Source of the DNA: a virus | UHGV virus genome: UHGV-0289470 | Direction: 5' to 3' (one strand) | DNA length: 28,488 bases | Shown: piece by piece, positions 25,592 through 28,488 of the stretch | How positions within the stretch are numbered: the first letter of the stretch is position 1 | Layout: each line of letters starts with the position of its first letter | Program-made: the position numbers and the translations under genes | Notes under the pieces: model-generated | Databases searched by the model: none | Told to the model about the DNA's origin: nothing | Seen by the model: only the letters and a program-made list of their open reading frames with translations

Positions 25592-26016
25592 TGGAACTGT
25601 GGCTGACGGTGAACGGTAAACGCACCTGCGCCAGCGCACCGCTGGATCCGCTGACCCGCGCCGTGGTGATTTCCCTGTTTACCTGGCGGCGGGCGGAGCC
25701 TGATGACAACGCCGACGTCCCGATGGGATGGTGGGGGGATACCTGGCCTGCGGTACAGAATGACCGTTACGGCTCCCGACTGTGGCTGCTTCAGCGCAGC
25801 AAACTGACCAATCAGCTGGTGCAGACGGTAAGGGGGTATATCCGCGAATGCCTGCAATGGATGATTGATGATGGCGTGGTGTCCCGTATTGATCTGGATA
25901 TCCGCCGCACCGGGATTAATGAACTGGGTAACAGTATCACTCTCTGGCGTCGTGACGGACCGGTAATGATTTCTTTTGATGATCTGTGGAGTGCGATAAC
26001 GCATGGCGGACAGTGA
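25588..26016 (+). CDS. baseplate protein (GP46 family)
   Basis: 142 aa; ATG 25588 or 25591 after GGAGG; position in Mu-type order. Confidence 0.7.
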   Translation: MMELWLTVNGKRTCASAPLDPLTRAVVISLFTWRRAEPDDNADVPMGWWGDTWPAVQNDRYGSRLWLLQRSKLTNQLVQTVRGYIRECLQWMIDDGVVSRIDLDIRRTGINELGNSITLWRRDGPVMISFDDLWSAITHGGQ

Positions 26017-27061
26017 ATTTCAGCGCCCGACGCTGGCAGAAAATATCAGTATGCTCCGTAACGATTTATTCGCCAGGCTGGACGTCAGCGACACGCTCCG
26101 GCGCATGGATGAAGACGTGCGGGCAAAGGTGTATGCGGCGGCGCTGCATACGGTTTACGGGTACATCGATTATCTGGCAATGAACATGCTGCCTGACCTG
26201 TGCGATGAGTCCTGGCTGGCGCGACATGCTGCGATGAAACGGTGTCCGCGCAAGGGGGCCACGGCTGCCAGCGGGTATATGCGCTGGGAAGGTGTCAGCG
26301 ATGGCCTGAAGGTGACCGCCGGGAGTGTTATTCAGCGCGATGACCTGGTTCAGTACACGGCAACTGCCGATGCAACCAGCTCCGGTGGTGTCCTGCGCGT
26401 GCCGATCGCCTGCTCAAGTGCAGGCGCGGTCGGTAACGCTGACGACGGTACGTCATTAATCCTGGTCACGCCGGTGAATGGTCTGCCGTCTTCCGGCGTG
26501 GCAGATACACTGACAGGTGGATTTGATACTGAAGAGCTGGAAACGTGGCGCGCCCGCGTCATTGAGCGGTATTACTGGACGCCTCAGGGCGGGGCTGACG
26601 GGGACTATGTCGTCTGGGCTAAAGAAGTTCCCGGCATTACCCGCGCATGGACATACCGACACTGGATGGGAACGGGGACTGTCTGTGTGATGATTGCCAG
26701 CAGCGACCTGATTAATCCCATTCCGGAAGAATCAACGGAAACGGCGGCAAGACAACATATCGGGCCACTGGCCCCGGTGGCAGGCTCTGATTTGTATGTG
26801 TTCAGGCCGGTGGCGCATACGGTGGATTTTCATATCCGTGTGACGCCGGATACACCAGAAATACGGGCTGCCATCACCGCCGAGTTGCGTTCGTTCCTGC
26901 TGCGTGATGGTTATCCGCAGGGAGAACTGAAGGTGTCGCGTATCAGTGAAGCGATTTCCGGTGCGAACGGGGAATACAGCCATCAGTTGCTTGCACCGGC
27001 AGACAATATCTCCATTGCAAAAAATGAACTGGCGGTTCTGGGGACGATTTCATGGACGTGA
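26003..27061 (+). CDS. baseplate J-like protein (Mu gp47-like)
   Basis: 352 aa; position and size. Confidence 0.75.
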   Translation: MADSEFQRPTLAENISMLRNDLFARLDVSDTLRRMDEDVRAKVYAAALHTVYGYIDYLAMNMLPDLCDESWLARHAAMKRCPRKGATAASGYMRWEGVSDGLKVTAGSVIQRDDLVQYTATADATSSGGVLRVPIACSSAGAVGNADDGTSLILVTPVNGLPSSGVADTLTGGFDTEELETWRARVIERYYWTPQGGADGDYVVWAKEVPGITRAWTYRHWMGTGTVCVMIASSDLINPIPEESTETAARQHIGPLAPVAGSDLYVFRPVAHTVDFHIRVTPDTPEIRAAITAELRSFLLRDGYPQGELKVSRISEAISGANGEYSHQLLAPADNISIAKNELAVLGTISWT

Positions 27062-27636
27062 CAAACGATGATTACATCCGTCTGTTGTCGGCACTGCTGC
27101 CGCCCGGTCCGGCGTGGTCAGCCAGCGATCCGGCGATTGCAGGTGCGGCACCGTCATTAACCCGTGTTCATCAGCGTGCGGATGCCCTGATGCGGGAGCT
27201 GGATCCGCGCACCACCACTGAACTGATAAACCGCTGGGAGCGTTTGTGCGGTCTGCCGGATGAATGTATTCCCGCAGGGACACAGACCCTTCGCCAGCGT
27301 CAGCAACGGCTGGATGCGAAGGTTAATCTGGCGGGCGGCATCAATGAGGATTTTTACCTTGCACAGCTTGCTGCCCTGGGCAGACCAGACGCCACTATCA
27401 CGCGATACGATAAAAGCACGTTCACCTGCTCATCGGCCTGTACTGACGCGGTGAATGCGCCGGAATGGCGGTATTACTGGCAGGTCAACATGCCAGCCGC
27501 CACCAACACCACCTGGATGACATGTGGTGATCCCTGTGATTCCGCACTGCGTATCTGGGGTGACACCGTTGTCGAGTGCGTGCTTAACAAACTCTGCCCG
27601 TCGCATACCTACGTAATTTTTAAATATCCGGAGTAA
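27052..27636 (+). CDS. baseplate/tail protein, DUF2313 (Mu gp48 / YmfQ-like)
   Basis: 194 aa, Cys-containing C-terminus; located before the fibre gene. Confidence 0.65.
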   Translation: MDVTNDDYIRLLSALLPPGPAWSASDPAIAGAAPSLTRVHQRADALMRELDPRTTTELINRWERLCGLPDECIPAGTQTLRQRQQRLDAKVNLAGGINEDFYLAQLAALGRPDATITRYDKSTFTCSSACTDAVNAPEWRYYWQVNMPAATNTTWMTCGDPCDSALRIWGDTVVECVLNKLCPSHTYVIFKYPE

Positions 27637-27639
27637 TCC

Positions 27640-28401
27640 ATGCATCGTATAGACACGAAAACCGCGCAGAAGGATAAGTTCGGCGCGGGTAAGAACGGTT
27701 TTACCCGTGGTAACCCCCAGACCGGCACACCTGCCACCGATCTGGATGATGACTACTTTGACATGTTGCAGGAAGAACTTTGTAGCGTGGTGGAGGCCTC
27801 TGGTGCCAGCCTGGAGAAAGGGCGGCATGACCAGCTGCTTACCGCACTTCGTGCGCTGCTGTTAAGCCGCAAGAATCCGTTTGGCGATATCAAATCGGAT
27901 GGCACTGTGCAAACGGCTCTCGAAAACCTTGGTTTGGGAGCGGGCGCGCCAGCCATCGGGATTCCGTTCTTCTGGCCGTCAGCAGCAATGCCAAATACCG
28001 TCATGCCAGAGTGGTCTGACATGGTATTTCTGAAGTTCAACGGCGCGACGTTCTCGGCGGCTACTTATCCTAAACTTGCTCTTGTTTTCCCTGGGTTGGT
28101 TTTGACTGAAGCGCGCGGGGAATTTTTGCGTATCTGGGATGATGGGCGCGGAGTTGATGCAGGCCGTGGCCTGTTAAGCGCTCAGGGTCATACCTATCAA
28201 AGCCACTCGCACCGATTGCTCATGAGCGCAGGTAGTGCAGGGACCGGCAATGTTATTGGTATTGATAGTAGTTTAAATGGAACGTTCACTTACAACATTA
28301 ACCAGCCAGACGGCGGGAGACTTCAGGCGATTGAAAATACAGGCGACACCGAAACACGCCCACGTAACATTGCATTCAACTTTTTAGTAAGGGCTAAATA
28401 A
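27640..28401 (+). CDS. tail fibre protein with C-terminal tail-collar domain
   Basis: N-terminus [46 protein letters not shown] is the conserved fibre N-terminal anchor; C-terminal ..[32 protein letters not shown].. is collar-like. Confidence 0.7.
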   Translation: MHRIDTKTAQKDKFGAGKNGFTRGNPQTGTPATDLDDDYFDMLQEELCSVVEASGASLEKGRHDQLLTALRALLLSRKNPFGDIKSDGTVQTALENLGLGAGAPAIGIPFFWPSAAMPNTVMPEWSDMVFLKFNGATFSAATYPKLALVFPGLVLTEARGEFLRIWDDGRGVDAGRGLLSAQGHTYQSHSHRLLMSAGSAGTGNVIGIDSSLNGTFTYNINQPDGGRLQAIENTGDTETRPRNIAFNFLVRAK

Positions 28402-28488
28402 TGAAACCTGTTTTCGATGAAAATGGACTGGCAAAAGAAGCCGGTGAAATCCGATGCTATTACTACGACGCGGTGACGTTTGAATATA
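28401..28488 (+). CDS. tail fibre assembly protein, N-terminal fragment (runs off the right edge)
   Basis: ATG 28401 overlaps the fibre stop (TAATG); [29 protein letters not shown]..; position after the fibre gene. Confidence 0.4.
   Translation, partial: MKPVFDENGLAKEAGEIRCYYYDAVTFEY

Noticed and set aside
1-28488. Integrase, attachment site or other mobile-element boundary
   Set aside because: No integrase-like or transposase-like ORF and no flanking direct repeats are visible; the window appears to be interior to the phage genome.

Overview
This 28.5 kb window reads as one contiguous stretch of a mosaic lambdoid (temperate) enterobacterial phage or prophage, with essentially every gene on the + strand in late-operon order. 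From left to right: the 3' end of a cII-like gene with an antisense oop-like RNA; a replication module (initiator carrying internal ori iterons, DnaB-type helicase); a nin-type region (small unknown ORFs, NinB, HNH-AP2 endonuclease, Dam-like methyltransferase, NinE, NinF, YbcO-like, RusA, YlcG-like); a Q antiterminator with a pR'/tR' unit that looks lambda-like; a lysis cassette (holin, GH24 lysozyme, Rz with embedded Rz1); a Rha-family regulator; an HK97-type packaging and head module (HNH, TerS, TerL, portal, protease, major capsid, connectors); and a Mu/SfV-type contractile tail module (sheath, tube, frameshifted chaperone, tape measure, baseplate genes, tail fibre, start of a fibre assembly gene). 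No integrase, rRNA, tRNA or CRISPR array was found. The best candidate for something undescribed is an AT-rich single-gene moron (about 21954-22638) inserted between the tape measure and baseplate genes, which encodes a signal-peptide protein I cannot place in any family. A secondary candidate is the three-ORF accessory slot between the helicase and ninB. All family assignments rest on reading the translations and on recalled family features; no database search was run, and coordinates of small RNA or regulatory elements are approximate.
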